Translations under genes and position numbers: made by a program
DNA from: Candidatus Shapirobacteria bacterium
GTDB lineage: Bacteria > Patescibacteriota > Microgenomatia > UBA12405
DNA length: 64,000 nt
Direction of reading: 5' to 3'
Assembly: GCA_022837635.1 (NCBI GenBank)
Contig: JALHFY010000001.1
Location: 454,512-518,511, forward strand
Shown here: positions 28,380 to 38,250 of the stretch, in pieces
Numbering within the stretch: position 1 is the stretch's first letter
How the letters are laid out: every line of letters starts with the position of its first letter
The notes under the pieces: generated by a model
What the model saw: the letters and a program-made list of their open reading frames with translations, nothing else
Told to the model about the DNA's origin: nothing
Databases searched by the model: none

Positions 28380-28409
28380 GAATTTCGAGAACTAATTTAT
28401 TAACTTTTA

Positions 28410-30323
28410 TTAAGCGACGACTTCGCCTTCTTCGGCGGTTTCTTTTTTATCGTCAGAGGCTTTGGCTTCTTCCGCTTGAGGAGCTTCCGGTTGGGGACCA
28501 GCGGTCTCGGGACCGGGTTGCTGTTGACTATAGACAGCTTGACCGATGACTTGCATCATCTGATTAAGTTCGTCGATGTACTTGTCATAATCAGCTTTGT
28601 TGCCATCAGCTTTTTCCAAAAGCTCTTTACCTTCTTTGAGCTTATCCTCAATTTTACTTTTGTCTTCGGTTTTAACCTTGTCGCCAAATTCTTTGAGAGA
28701 TTTCTCAGAATTGAAGATGGTAGCATCAAGGCGGTTTTTGGATTCCACCAAATCATGCTTTTCGCTGTCTTCACGAGCGTGGAGCTCGGCATCATTTTTC
28801 ATCTTTTCCACTTCCTCATCAGAGAGGTTGGTGGCATTTTGAATAGTGATTTTTTGCTCTTTGCCGGTACCTTTATCTTGGGCAGAAACAGAGAGAATAC
28901 CGTTACTGTCAATATCAAAGGTAACTTCAATTTGGGGAGTGCCACGGGGAGCCGGAGCAATACCGTCGAGGATAAAACGACCTAAAGACTTGTTGTCGGC
29001 AGCCATGGGCCGTTCACCCTGGAGAACATTGATTTCCACCTGTGGTTGATTGTCACTATAAGTGGTGAAAATCTGAGATTTCTTGGTAGGAACGGTGGTA
29101 TTTCTATCGATTAAAGGAGTGCGAATGGAACCGGCGGTTTCGATACCCAGAGTTAAAGGGGTAACGTCAAGAAGGACAATATCTTTAACTTCACCGGTTA
29201 AGACAGCTCCTTGAACCGCGGCACCGATAGCGACAACTTCATCAGGATTGACAGTCGTGTTGGGCTCTTTGCCAAAAAAATCTTTAACCACTTCGATGAC
29301 TTTGGGCATTCTGGTCATACCACCAACCATGACTACGTCGGTAATGTCATTTTTAGTAATACCAGCATCTTTAAGACATTTTTCTACCGGTCCGATACTT
29401 TTTTGGATCAGATCATCAACCAGTTTTTCCAACTCAGAACGAGTCAGCTTGGCAGTTAAGTGTAGTGCCTCTTTATCTTTTTGAGTGATAAAGGGGAGAT
29501 TGATATCAGTTTCACCGGTACTAGACAGTTCGATTTTGGCTTTTTCGGCGGCCTCACGAATACGTTGAAGGGCTTGAGGATCTTTGCTCAAATCGACACC
29601 GTGTTCTTTTTGGAATTTATCCAATAACCACTCCACAATTTTGTGATCGAAATCATCACCACCTAAAAAGGTATCACCGTTGGTGGCTTTAACTTCAAAG
29701 ACACCGTCACCGATTTCCAAAATGGAAATATCAAAGGTACCACCACCTAAATCATAAACCGCAACTAAACCTTTTTTCTTTTTATCCAGACCATAGGCCA
29801 AAGCGGAGGCAGTTGGTTCGTTGACAATTCTTTTAACAATAAGACCGGCAATTTCTCCAGCCTGTTTGGTGGCTTGACGTTGAGAATCGTCAAAGTAAGC
29901 AGGTACAGTAATTACCGCATCGGTGACTTTTTCACCCAGATATCTTTCAGCATCAGCCTTGGCTTTTTGCAGAATCATGGCAGAAATTTCCTGAGGGGTA
30001 TAAGTTTTACCTTCGACTTCGACAGCGGCAACTTTGTCCTTACCAGCCACAATTTTATAAGGAGCAATTTTTTCAGTCTTTTTGACTTCGGGATCATCAA
30101 TACGACGACCCATTAAACGCTTGATACTAAAAATAGTATTTTGGGGATTGAGAACCATTTGGCGCTTGGCCAAATCCCCGACTAGTTTTTTAACCGGTTC
30201 CACTACAGAGGGAATAGTGTTTCTACCCTCAGCAGTGAGAATAACTTTAGGAGTACCACCTTCCATAACAGCGACACAGGAGTTGGTAGTACCTAAATCA
30301 ATACCAATAATTTTGTTTGCCAT
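28410..30323 (-). CDS. dnaK: Molecular chaperone DnaK (Hsp70)
   Basis: [23 protein letters not shown]...DLGGGTFD... Confidence 0.95.
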   Translation of the reverse strand: MANKIIGIDLGTTNSCVAVMEGGTPKVILTAEGRNTIPSVVEPVKKLVGDLAKRQMVLNPQNTIFSIKRLMGRRIDDPEVKKTEKIAPYKIVAGKDKVAAVEVEGKTYTPQEISAMILQKAKADAERYLGEKVTDAVITVPAYFDDSQRQATKQAGEIAGLIVKRIVNEPTASALAYGLDKKKKGLVAVYDLGGGTFDISILEIGDGVFEVKATNGDTFLGGDDFDHKIVEWLLDKFQKEHGVDLSKDPQALQRIREAAEKAKIELSSTGETDINLPFITQKDKEALHLTAKLTRSELEKLVDDLIQKSIGPVEKCLKDAGITKNDITDVVMVGGMTRMPKVIEVVKDFFGKEPNTTVNPDEVVAIGAAVQGAVLTGEVKDIVLLDVTPLTLGIETAGSIRTPLIDRNTTVPTKKSQIFTTYSDNQPQVEINVLQGERPMAADNKSLGRFILDGIAPAPRGTPQIEVTFDIDSNGILSVSAQDKGTGKEQKITIQNATNLSDEEVEKMKNDAELHAREDSEKHDLVESKNRLDATIFNSEKSLKEFGDKVKTEDKSKIEDKLKEGKELLEKADGNKADYDKYIDELNQMMQVIGQAVYSQQQPGPETAGPQPEAPQAEEAKASDDKKETAEEGEVVA

Positions 30324-30354
30324 ATTTTTTATTTTTTTAATTGTTAATTAATAA

Positions 30355-30810
30355 TTAATTTTTGCCCACGGCCACTTGGGCGGGACGTAAACATTGGCCG
30401 TTTAATAAATAACCACGTTTTTTAACTTCCACAACCTTGTTGTCAGGACCTTTGACCACTTCAATACACTCCATGATCTGGGGATCAAAATCGGCATTTT
30501 TAAGGTTGATTTCTTCCAGGCCTTGATTTTTGAGCACATTTTCAAATTTGTCAATTGCAATTTTGAGACCAGGATCAGGTAAATGTTTGTAAGTAAGTAA
30601 AAACTCATCTAAAACTTCTAACATTTGACTGACAAAACCGGTGATAGCTAAAGTAGCAAAAACTTGACGATGATCTTCGTGCCTTTTTTGTAAATTGGCA
30701 TAATCAGCTAAAGATCGGCTAAGTTTTTCCTGTAACTCTTTGATCTGAGTTTCCAGTTTGGCTACAGAAGACGGATTTTTAGACTTGTTTTTATTTTTTG
30801 AATTGTCCAT
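30355..30810 (-). CDS. grpE: Nucleotide exchange factor GrpE. The start is trimmed to Met48 of the track ORF so that it does not overlap hrcA.
   Basis: MDNSKNKNKSKN...LADYANLQKRHEDHRQ...VVEVKKRGYLLNGQCLRPAQVAVGK. Confidence 0.8.
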   Translation of the reverse strand: MDNSKNKNKSKNPSSVAKLETQIKELQEKLSRSLADYANLQKRHEDHRQVFATLAITGFVSQMLEVLDEFLLTYKHLPDPGLKIAIDKFENVLKNQGLEEINLKNADFDPQIMECIEVVKGPDNKVVEVKKRGYLLNGQCLRPAQVAVGKN

Positions 30811-30817
30811 AAAAAAG

Positions 30818-31558
30818 TTAACCTGTAATGGTAGAGATAAGGTCAGCAAAATAATCGACCACCGGAATGATGACCGGATAGCGAACCCGAGCCGGACCGA
30901 CAACTCCCAAAATACCACGATGAGGACCGGCTTGATAAGTCTGATAAACAAAGGAACAAGGTTCCAAATGTTCCATACCTAAATCCTCACCGACCAAGAG
31001 ATGGATCATCTGGGAAGATGGTTCACTGGTATTAACACCAGCTTTATTAATAATGTCAAACCAAAAATCAGGGTCATCTAAAAGTGATAAAACTGTCTTG
31101 GTGACATCAATATTGTAAAATTCCGGTTCTTCCAATAAATTCGAGGAACCAGAACTGTAAATGGAGCCTTGATCAGTGGTGGCGATAGCCAAAGAACGAG
31201 TCTTTTGAGCCAGTTCTTTGGTAGTTTCTTTTAAGAGTTTGTCAAATTCATTACGGTAGTTCCAGACTCTTTCCTTGACACCAATTTCGTCACTGACGGA
31301 CATACTTTTAGGTGTCATTAGGTTTCTGACATAGTATTTCAGACCCATGGAGGTCGGTGACCGACCAGAAGATAGATGGCCTTTTTTCAAAAAGCCGAGT
31401 TGGGTTAAAGCCGCCATTTCATTTCTAATGGTAGCTGAGGAAATACCTAGATTATATTTACGCTCAAGGGTTTCCGAGCCGACAGGCTGAGCCGAGTCGA
31501 TAAATTCTTCGGTAACACACTTGAGAATTTTGATTTGACGCTGAGTTAAATCTGCCAT
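30818..31558 (-). CDS. hrcA: Heat-inducible transcriptional repressor HrcA. The ATG start is at 31558, whereas the track ORF starts at an upstream TTG.
   Basis: MADLTQRQIKILKCVTEEFIDSAQPVGSETLERKYNLGISSATIRNEMAAL. Start abuts the CIRCE element. Confidence 0.85.
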   Translation of the reverse strand: MADLTQRQIKILKCVTEEFIDSAQPVGSETLERKYNLGISSATIRNEMAALTQLGFLKKGHLSSGRSPTSMGLKYYVRNLMTPKSMSVSDEIGVKERVWNYRNEFDKLLKETTKELAQKTRSLAIATTDQGSIYSSGSSNLLEEPEFYNIDVTKTVLSLLDDPDFWFDIINKAGVNTSEPSSQMIHLLVGEDLGMEHLEPCSFVYQTYQAGPHRGILGVVGPARVRYPVIIPVVDYFADLISTITG

Positions 31559-31565
31559 TAGCACT

Positions 31566-31594
31566 ATAATACTATTAGCACTAACTGATGTCAA
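31566..31594 (-). promoter_or_regulatory. Sigma70-like promoter embedded in CIRCE: TTGACA (plus 31589-31594) - 17 nt - TATTAT (plus 31566-31571)
   Basis: Minus-strand read: TTAGCACTTGACAtcagttagtgctaatagTATTATagtgctaATGGCAGAT. The -10 ends about 10 nt before the hrcA ATG. Confidence 0.45.
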
Positions 31595-31601
31595 GTGCTA
31601 A
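31575..31601. promoter_or_regulatory. CIRCE operator (TTAGCACTa-N9-aAGTGCTAA), with an extra upstream TTAGCACT half-site at 31558-31565
   Basis: ttagcactAACTGATGTCaagtgctaa matches consensus TTAGCACTC-N9-GAGTGCTAA. A second direct half-site lies 9 nt away and overlaps the hrcA ATG. Confidence 0.85.
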
Positions 31602-31602
31602 T

Positions 31603-32664
31603 TTAGGCTTTGATTTGAAGTTGATCTGACTCAGAACCAAGCTGAATTTTATCGATAACTTTCTGTAATCTATTGTTTCTAGTTTGAGAAACGACATTAT
31701 ATTGTTTTTGTAAATTCTCGATTTTATCACCAAATTTATTAAACTCGTTGCTGAATTTTTGATATTCAATGGCAAAGACTTTGATTTGGGTGATAATCCC
31801 CTGGATATTTTTTTGGAAACGGAAATTGTCATAAGCCTGGCGCACCATGCGTAAAATGGCGGTAAAAGAAAATGGCCCAGCTAGAACAATTTTTTTATTA
31901 AAAGCCTCATCTAAAAGGTGAGGGAATTTTTCATAGATGAAGGAGAAAATCATTTCGTTGGGGATAAAGACAATGACAAAATCAACAGTATTTTTTTCCG
32001 GGTCAATGTAATCGCGACTGGAAACCTGATTGATTTTATCTTTGATATCTTTTTCAAATTCTTTAAGATATTGTTTTTTTTGCTCAGGATCGTCAGTCTC
32101 GCTCATTTTAACAATGGCGCTATAAGGAAATTTGGAATCAATATTGATTTTGGTTTTGTCGGGAAGATAGAGAGTAAAATCAGGACGACCTGAACCTTCA
32201 GATTCTTGTTTGGTGTAATCAGTACCGATAACAAAACCAGCTTGTTTAAGTAAATCTTCGGCTACCTTTTCCCCAAAGGCACCGCGCATTTGATTATTAG
32301 AGAGGGTTTTTTTGAGACCTTCAGTAGTGACAGAGAGTTGTTCGGTAATTTTACGGTTATTCTCGATGGCTTCACGTAAACCATTAAAAGAACCGACACG
32401 TTCTTTTTCGGCTGACTCTAATTTGCTTTGGTTTTTATCCAGTTCGGTTAAAACTTGGTTGACCATTTTTTCAATAGAATCTTTTTTATTTTTAAGATCG
32501 ACATTAATTTGCTCAGTCTTATCGCCTAATTTTTCATTGGCAATGGTGATAATCGCGTCAATGGTTTTTGGATCCAGAGAGGCGGTGGTGGGTTGACGAG
32601 AGGTAACAATAAAGTAAATGATTCCCAAAAGAATCAGAGCCAGAAGAATATAAACTAGAGTCAT
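31603..32664 (-). CDS. rmuC: DNA recombination protein RmuC
   Basis: N-terminal TM, long coiled coil, C-terminal ...FVIVFIPNEMIFSFIYEKFPHLLDEAFNKKIVLAGPFSFTAILRMVRQAY (RmuC domain). Confidence 0.8.
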   Translation of the reverse strand: MTLVYILLALILLGIIYFIVTSRQPTTASLDPKTIDAIITIANEKLGDKTEQINVDLKNKKDSIEKMVNQVLTELDKNQSKLESAEKERVGSFNGLREAIENNRKITEQLSVTTEGLKKTLSNNQMRGAFGEKVAEDLLKQAGFVIGTDYTKQESEGSGRPDFTLYLPDKTKINIDSKFPYSAIVKMSETDDPEQKKQYLKEFEKDIKDKINQVSSRDYIDPEKNTVDFVIVFIPNEMIFSFIYEKFPHLLDEAFNKKIVLAGPFSFTAILRMVRQAYDNFRFQKNIQGIITQIKVFAIEYQKFSNEFNKFGDKIENLQKQYNVVSQTRNNRLQKVIDKIQLGSESDQLQIKA

Positions 32665-32667
32665 GAT

Positions 32668-33099
32668 TTATTTTACCCCGGTGGTGCCAAAGCCGCCACG
32701 ATTAGGATTGGGCATGGTGTCAACTTCTTCAAAATCAAAATGTTCACATTTGATTAAAATTAGTTGACAAAGACGAGTGCCCTTATCAATTTTAACTGTC
32801 TTATCGGTAAAATTTCTAACGGCAAAATGATACTCATCTTCATTGCCACAATAATCCCGATCCATGATACCGACACCATTGATGCCATGAATACCTAGTT
32901 TGTGAGTGGAACTACGTGGGGCTAAGAGAATAAAATAGCCATCGGGAATTTTGATAGCCACATTCATGGGAATATAGGCAATTTCTTTGGCTTTAATTTC
33001 CATGTCTAACCGACTGTAAAGATCAACAGCAACCGCCCCTGGGGTTTTATGAATTGGTAGCGGCAGACTTTTATCGAAACGTTTGATAGTTAATTTCAT
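32668..33099 (-). CDS. dut: dUTP diphosphatase (dUTPase / dCTP deaminase-dUTPase superfamily)
   Basis: ...TPGAVAVDLYS...GINGVGIMDRDYCGNE...RGGFGTTG. Confidence 0.8.
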   Translation of the reverse strand: MKLTIKRFDKSLPLPIHKTPGAVAVDLYSRLDMEIKAKEIAYIPMNVAIKIPDGYFILLAPRSSTHKLGIHGINGVGIMDRDYCGNEDEYHFAVRNFTDKTVKIDKGTRLCQLILIKCEHFDFEEVDTMPNPNRGGFGTTGVK

Positions 33100-36000
33100 T
33101 TGAAATATTCGTCAAACAAATCATGAAGATGGTCTTTGTCGTCGCAAGAGGGATTGGGGGTGAAGTTAAGGGCGAGGATTTTTTGGAAGACTTCTTTAAT
33201 TTGTTTTTTTAAGTCAGCGGTATCTTGTTTAGTAAGAGGATAATTTTTTCTGACAAAGGTGTCAGCTTTGTTTTTCTCAATAAAATCAATGGTGCCGGAA
33301 ACGACTTGGTAAGGAAAACTTTTAGCCTCATCACAGAGAAGTTTATAGAAAACCAATTGACGAAAGTAGTCCCCTGTCCGACTCAACTGAGGACCTTTGG
33401 AATCAGGTTTGCCGGTTTTATAATCCACCACATTAACCTGATTGCCGGATAAAAATTCAATTTTGTCAATTTTTCCGGTCAAAGGAATGTCGCCGAGATA
33501 AACATTTTTAAGGCGGAAATCATGCTCGGTGAGACAACGACCGTTGAAAGAATCTTGATAGTGATGATAATAATTAGTCAAAACTTGTCGACCGTGATTT
33601 TGTAAATCAATAAAATCTTGATTTGAGAGATTTTCTCTTTTTAAGTTACTTTCAAAAATAGACAAAAATTTATCCACAGAAATAAGTTGATTTTTTTGTT
33701 TATAAATTTGAGTCAGATAAGCCAGAGCGCCATGGACGGCGGTACCAAAAGAAAGAGATTTGGCTTTTGGTGAGGGTAGACGGAGAATGGTTTTGAAAAA
33801 GAAACAAAGAGGGCATTTCAAGTAAGAATTTAGATGAGTAATATTGAAACGATACTGAGTCGATAAATAGTGAGATAGATAAGCGGAGAGATCGACAGAT
33901 TTTAACTGAGGAATATTTTGCGTAAAAGAAAATTCTAAAGATTTTTTTTCAATTTCGGGAGTAGAGGGAATGATTTCAATTCTTTGGGGATCAATTTCTT
34001 TGATAAAACGAGTGGCTAATTGTTCTTTGCCGGTTTCGGAAAAACGGGTGTAAGAGAGGTAAATTTGTTTTTCAGCACGAGTGAGGGCGACATAAAAAAG
34101 ACGACGATCTTCCTCTAAAATGTCATTATCCAAATCGTATTGGAGAATACCTAAAGGTAGGGTAATCAGAGAGCGACTAACTTGAGAATCATCCCATCTA
34201 GAAGAGAGAGTCCTAATAATAAAAACATGTTCGAATTCCAAACCCTTGGCCTTATGAACGGTCATTAGGCGCAATGAATTGTCTATATCTGATTGAAGCA
34301 CTGGAGCATCAAGAGAAAGATTGTTTTCTAAAAGAAGAGCTATTTTTTGGACCCAATCAAAGAGAGAAATTTTGTTGACTAAAAGACTTTGTTTGAGGTG
34401 GGAATAAAGAGTATTAAGTTGTTTGAGAAGAGAGAGATTTTTGGATTTTAAAACATAATCTAAAAAGTGAAAACGGCGAATAATCAGGTTAAACAACTCA
34501 TCAGCAGGTAAGTTATGGGCATCTTTGAGAGTGTCGGCAACTTGCTGATTAAAATTATCAAAAACCGGGTCCTCTAAAATTGCTTCCGATAATTTTAATT
34601 GTTCTTTGGCAACACGGCGGAAAAGTTTATAGAGATGAAGACTGTCAAAACCCAGGAAATTAAAAGACAAGAGTTCACCTAAATAAGAATCATTTTGAGG
34701 GTCGGATAAATATTTGAAGAGAGTCAGTAATTGTTTAATTTCCAGAGTTTCTAAAATATTAATGGCATCAGAGCGGAGATAAAGTAAATTATGTTGAGTT
34801 AAAAAAGGTAACAGATCGTTGACGTCAGTATTCTTTCGATAAAGAACGGCAATATTTTTAGGGGTGACTCCGGAATCAACCAATTGCTTTATCTGGTCAG
34901 CAATCCAATAATTTTCTTCCAGACTGTTATTGGCGGTAAAGAGATTAATGGGATTGGGATCATAATCTTTGGTGGCCGTGAGAGACTTATCGATATTATC
35001 TATGTATTGACTAATTCGGCTGTGATTATGGTTAATCACATCAGTAGAGGAATCTAAAATTAACTGATGAGAACGATAATTGTTTTTTAGAACGATTAAA
35101 GTTAAATCTTTTTTGTATTTTTCATGAAATTTGTAAATATTTTCGATGCTGGCACCTTGGAAACGGAAAATAGATTGATCGTCGTCACCAACCACAAAAA
35201 TATTGGGGCGAGGAGAATCTTGGGTCAGTAAATTTAAAATTTCCATTTGGGAAGAATTAGTATCTTGAAATTCATCGACCAAGAGATAATGGTAAGTTTC
35301 TTGATAAGTAGACAAAAGTTCCGGGTGGGTTTTAAGAGCCGTAATAACCCACAGAATCATATCTTCGTAATCATAAAAACCACGAGTGGACAAAGTTTGT
35401 TGATATTGTTTGTAAATCAGAGATAAATCACGGATTTTGTCTAGAATTCCAGTATATTTTTCAACAAATTTTTTGAAATCTTTTTTTAAATCAGATAAGG
35501 AGAGATGGCCTTGTTTGAAGAGATCAAGAAAATAATTGAGACGGACTTGATAAAGAGGTTGGGAATGGAGAGAGTCAGCCGCCGTTTTGATGGCATTAAC
35601 GATATCATTTTCAGTTTTTTTGGAAGCGCGAAGAGATTGAACTGTTTGTAAAAAAGGCTGAGTGATAGTAGCAAAATCGATGGTATCTTGGAGAAGTTCG
35701 TCTAAACGAGCAGGAGAGATATTTTCTTTTTTAAGAGTGGAGATAGCTCCTAAAATATCCTTTTGATAAAGATAAGGAGCGGCGATATTTTTGAAAGGAC
35801 TGGTGGTAGGTAAAGCATCAATTAGAGCACGGATAATTTCGATTCTAGTGACATCGTCAATAGCTTCGGATTCAGTGGTAGTAGTTAAAAAATATTCAGG
35901 ACGGTCTTTGATAATAGAATTACAAAAAGCGTGGAAGGTGGCGATACGGACGCTATAAGCGGTAGGACCAATCAGAGAAATGAGGCGTTCACGCATGTTG

Positions 36001-36209
36001 AGAGCGGCATTTTCAGTAAAGGTCAAACAGAGAATATTACTGGGATTGACTTGGGTTTCTTTTAAGATTTTACCTATTCTTAGGGCAATAGTTTGGGTCT
36101 TACCAGTACCGGCACCAGCAATAACCATGACTGGACCTTCAATGGTATCCACCGCTTTTTTTTGCTGTGAATTGAGTCGTTGATATTCTTTAGAATATGA
36201 ATCCCCCAT
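33096..36209 (-). CDS. UvrD/AddA-type ATP-dependent helicase fused to a C-terminal PD-(D/E)xK (RecB/Cas4-like, Cys-containing) nuclease domain
   Basis: VMVIAGAGTGKTQTIALRI (Walker A). ...LLVDEFQDTN. C-terminal CPLCFFFKTILRL...VVDYKTGKP...QLVFYKLLC. Confidence 0.8.
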   Translation of the reverse strand: MGDSYSKEYQRLNSQQKKAVDTIEGPVMVIAGAGTGKTQTIALRIGKILKETQVNPSNILCLTFTENAALNMRERLISLIGPTAYSVRIATFHAFCNSIIKDRPEYFLTTTTESEAIDDVTRIEIIRALIDALPTTSPFKNIAAPYLYQKDILGAISTLKKENISPARLDELLQDTIDFATITQPFLQTVQSLRASKKTENDIVNAIKTAADSLHSQPLYQVRLNYFLDLFKQGHLSLSDLKKDFKKFVEKYTGILDKIRDLSLIYKQYQQTLSTRGFYDYEDMILWVITALKTHPELLSTYQETYHYLLVDEFQDTNSSQMEILNLLTQDSPRPNIFVVGDDDQSIFRFQGASIENIYKFHEKYKKDLTLIVLKNNYRSHQLILDSSTDVINHNHSRISQYIDNIDKSLTATKDYDPNPINLFTANNSLEENYWIADQIKQLVDSGVTPKNIAVLYRKNTDVNDLLPFLTQHNLLYLRSDAINILETLEIKQLLTLFKYLSDPQNDSYLGELLSFNFLGFDSLHLYKLFRRVAKEQLKLSEAILEDPVFDNFNQQVADTLKDAHNLPADELFNLIIRRFHFLDYVLKSKNLSLLKQLNTLYSHLKQSLLVNKISLFDWVQKIALLLENNLSLDAPVLQSDIDNSLRLMTVHKAKGLEFEHVFIIRTLSSRWDDSQVSRSLITLPLGILQYDLDNDILEEDRRLFYVALTRAEKQIYLSYTRFSETGKEQLATRFIKEIDPQRIEIIPSTPEIEKKSLEFSFTQNIPQLKSVDLSAYLSHYLSTQYRFNITHLNSYLKCPLCFFFKTILRLPSPKAKSLSFGTAVHGALAYLTQIYKQKNQLISVDKFLSIFESNLKRENLSNQDFIDLQNHGRQVLTNYYHHYQDSFNGRCLTEHDFRLKNVYLGDIPLTGKIDKIEFLSGNQVNVVDYKTGKPDSKGPQLSRTGDYFRQLVFYKLLCDEAKSFPYQVVSGTIDFIEKNKADTFVRKNYPLTKQDTADLKKQIKEVFQKILALNFTPNPSCDDKDHLHDLFDEYFK

Positions 36210-36237
36210 TATTTGTATTTTAGCTTAAAATATAGCC

Positions 36238-36843
36238 ATGGAGAAACCAAATATATATTTTGATTTGGACAGAACTTTATTTGACACGGTTAAGTCAGGA
36301 CAAAATTATAGAGCCGCTTTAGAGAAAATTGGAATTGGCACGGAAAAGTATGAGCAAATTTACAGTAATTATAAATCTACATTAGAATCATCAACAGATT
36401 TTGATCCAAAAAAATTATTGGATTTATTGACAAAAAATTTCAATGTAAGTCCAGAAAAATTGGCTCAAAGCTTTTGGGAGAAAGGTAATTTTGTGTTATT
36501 TCCAGAAACAATGAAAACACTGGAAAAATTAAGTCAGAACAATGATTTAAGATTATTTTCGGAAGGAAATAAGAATTGGCAAAAGGGAAAAATTGAAAAA
36601 ACGGAAATTGGAGAATTTTTTGATTTAGAAGCAAGTTTAATCGAAAAACGAAAATTAAGTCCAGAGGTAATTGCAGAAATTGTCCAAGGTGCTATGGTGA
36701 TTGATGACAAAAAAGAGGTAATAAAACAACTAGCCAGTCAAAGACCAGATTTACATTTAGTTTGGATAAATAGAAACAATGAAGAGGAATTGACAGGTCA
36801 AAATATTAGAACGATTAGAGATTTGAGTGAATTACTTGAGTAA
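36238..36843 (+). CDS. HAD-superfamily hydrolase
   Basis: IYFDLDRTLFDT (DxD motif I). ...MVIDDKKEVI (motif IV-like). Confidence 0.6.
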   Translation: MEKPNIYFDLDRTLFDTVKSGQNYRAALEKIGIGTEKYEQIYSNYKSTLESSTDFDPKKLLDLLTKNFNVSPEKLAQSFWEKGNFVLFPETMKTLEKLSQNNDLRLFSEGNKNWQKGKIEKTEIGEFFDLEASLIEKRKLSPEVIAEIVQGAMVIDDKKEVIKQLASQRPDLHLVWINRNNEEELTGQNIRTIRDLSELLE

Positions 36844-38250
36844 TTTTTCAAAAATTTCTTTAGCGAGTTGGGGGTTGGCGGAGCCTTGAGAAGCTTTCAT
36901 AAGTTGACCCACTAGAAAACCGATGGCGGCGGGATTTTTTTGGTAATCCTCGACCGCTTTGGGGTGGGTGTCGATAATTTCTTTAGCCAGCGTTTCCAGA
37001 GTATTTACATCTGAGACTTGAAAGAGATTTTTGTTTTTGGCATTTTCCAGAGGTTCCAGATTATCGCGATAACTGTCAATGATTAATTCCTTGATGGCGG
37101 TGGAAGAAAGTCGATCTTGGTTTTCAAAAAGATCTTGAAAATGTGTGGGATGAATACTGTTGATATCAATCTCTAATTTGGATTCATTAAGGAAGGTACG
37201 AATGGGACCATTGATTAAATTGGCGACAAACTTAGCAAAATCATTATCAGTTTTATGGTCCAAAGCGGTATCAAAGGCGGCAGCAAAGCTGGGATTACGA
37301 GAAAGCAGTTGAGAGTCAGCATCCGAGAGGCCCAATTTTTGATATTGATCCAGTTTTTGGTCCGGTAGCAGAGGAATAGTGGCTTTAATATTTTGAATTT
37401 TTGCTGCAGAAAAAGATATCGGGGGGATGTCAGGCTCGGGAAAATAACGATAGTCAGCACTACCCTCTTTACTGCGCTGTAAAAAAGTTTGGTTTTTAAC
37501 CGCGTCCCAACCACGGGTAGTTTTGTTACTAGAATTTTTTTCAATTTTGTCTTTAGCAAATTTTTCTACTTGCCTTTTAATCTCAAAATTAATGGCATTC
37601 ATGACACCGGTCAGAGAAGCCACATTTTTGATTTCCACCAGTGGGGTATAAAAGCGGTCATCAATACAAACATTGACTGTAGGCTCACAGCGCATACTTC
37701 CCTTTTCAATATCAGCATCGGAAACACCGATGTAACGGATAATTTGTTGGAGTTTGGTGAGATATTTTTTAGCTTCCTCAGCTGAAGTCAAATCAGGTTC
37801 AGAAACAATTTCCACCAAGGGGACTCCTGAGCGATTGAAATCTAGAAGAGTGGCCCCGTTTTCATGAATTGATTTACCGGTATCTTCTTCCATGTGAGCA
37901 CGATTAATACGGATACGATGACTATCAACATCAAGGTAACCATTGATAGCAAAAGGTTTTTGAAGCTGGGTAATTTGGTAACCCTTGGCCAAATCGGGAT
38001 AAAAGTAATTTTTTCTTTCAAAAAAAGAATCTTGATTGATACTGCAATTTAGAGCTAAACCTAGTTTAATACACCACTCACAGGCAGTTTTATTGGGCAC
38101 AGGCAGGGCGCCGGGGAGACCAAGACAAACAGGACAGGTGTGAGTATTGGCTTTGACATGAAAGTGGTGGGCCGAACAACTGCAAAACATTTTGGATTTG
38201 GTTTTCAATTCGACATGGACCTCCAGACCGATGATGGGAGTGATTTTCAT
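36832..38250 (-). CDS. gatB: Asp-tRNA(Asn)/Glu-tRNA(Gln) amidotransferase subunit B
   Basis: MKITPIIGLEVHVELKTKSKMFCSCS...HTCPVCLGLPGALPV. Confidence 0.9.
   Translation of the reverse strand: MKITPIIGLEVHVELKTKSKMFCSCSAHHFHVKANTHTCPVCLGLPGALPVPNKTACEWCIKLGLALNCSINQDSFFERKNYFYPDLAKGYQITQLQKPFAINGYLDVDSHRIRINRAHMEEDTGKSIHENGATLLDFNRSGVPLVEIVSEPDLTSAEEAKKYLTKLQQIIRYIGVSDADIEKGSMRCEPTVNVCIDDRFYTPLVEIKNVASLTGVMNAINFEIKRQVEKFAKDKIEKNSSNKTTRGWDAVKNQTFLQRSKEGSADYRYFPEPDIPPISFSAAKIQNIKATIPLLPDQKLDQYQKLGLSDADSQLLSRNPSFAAAFDTALDHKTDNDFAKFVANLINGPIRTFLNESKLEIDINSIHPTHFQDLFENQDRLSSTAIKELIIDSYRDNLEPLENAKNKNLFQVSDVNTLETLAKEIIDTHPKAVEDYQKNPAAIGFLVGQLMKASQGSANPQLAKEIFEKLLK

Noticed and set aside
28476-29484. 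Several plus-strand ORFs (28476..28985, 28597..28842, 28846..29049, 29211..29459, 29248..29484)
   Set aside because: Antisense to the strongly supported dnaK CDS. Typical shadow ORFs.
30811-30951. N-terminal 47 codons of the track grpE ORF (MFIRLIKPVLIV...)
   Set aside because: Would overlap the hrcA 3' end by about 130 nt. The hydrophobic extension is atypical for GrpE. Met48 (MDNSKNKN...) directly follows the hrcA stop.
30818-31594. hrcA start at 31594 as given in the ORF track
   Set aside because: That position is a TTG within CIRCE. An in-frame ATG at 31558 gives the canonical MADLTQRQIKIL N-terminus and places the operator upstream of the CDS.
31581-31832. 83-aa ORF overlapping the rmuC 3' end and CIRCE
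   Set aside because: Entirely nested in another frame of rmuC and across the operator. No support as a separate gene.
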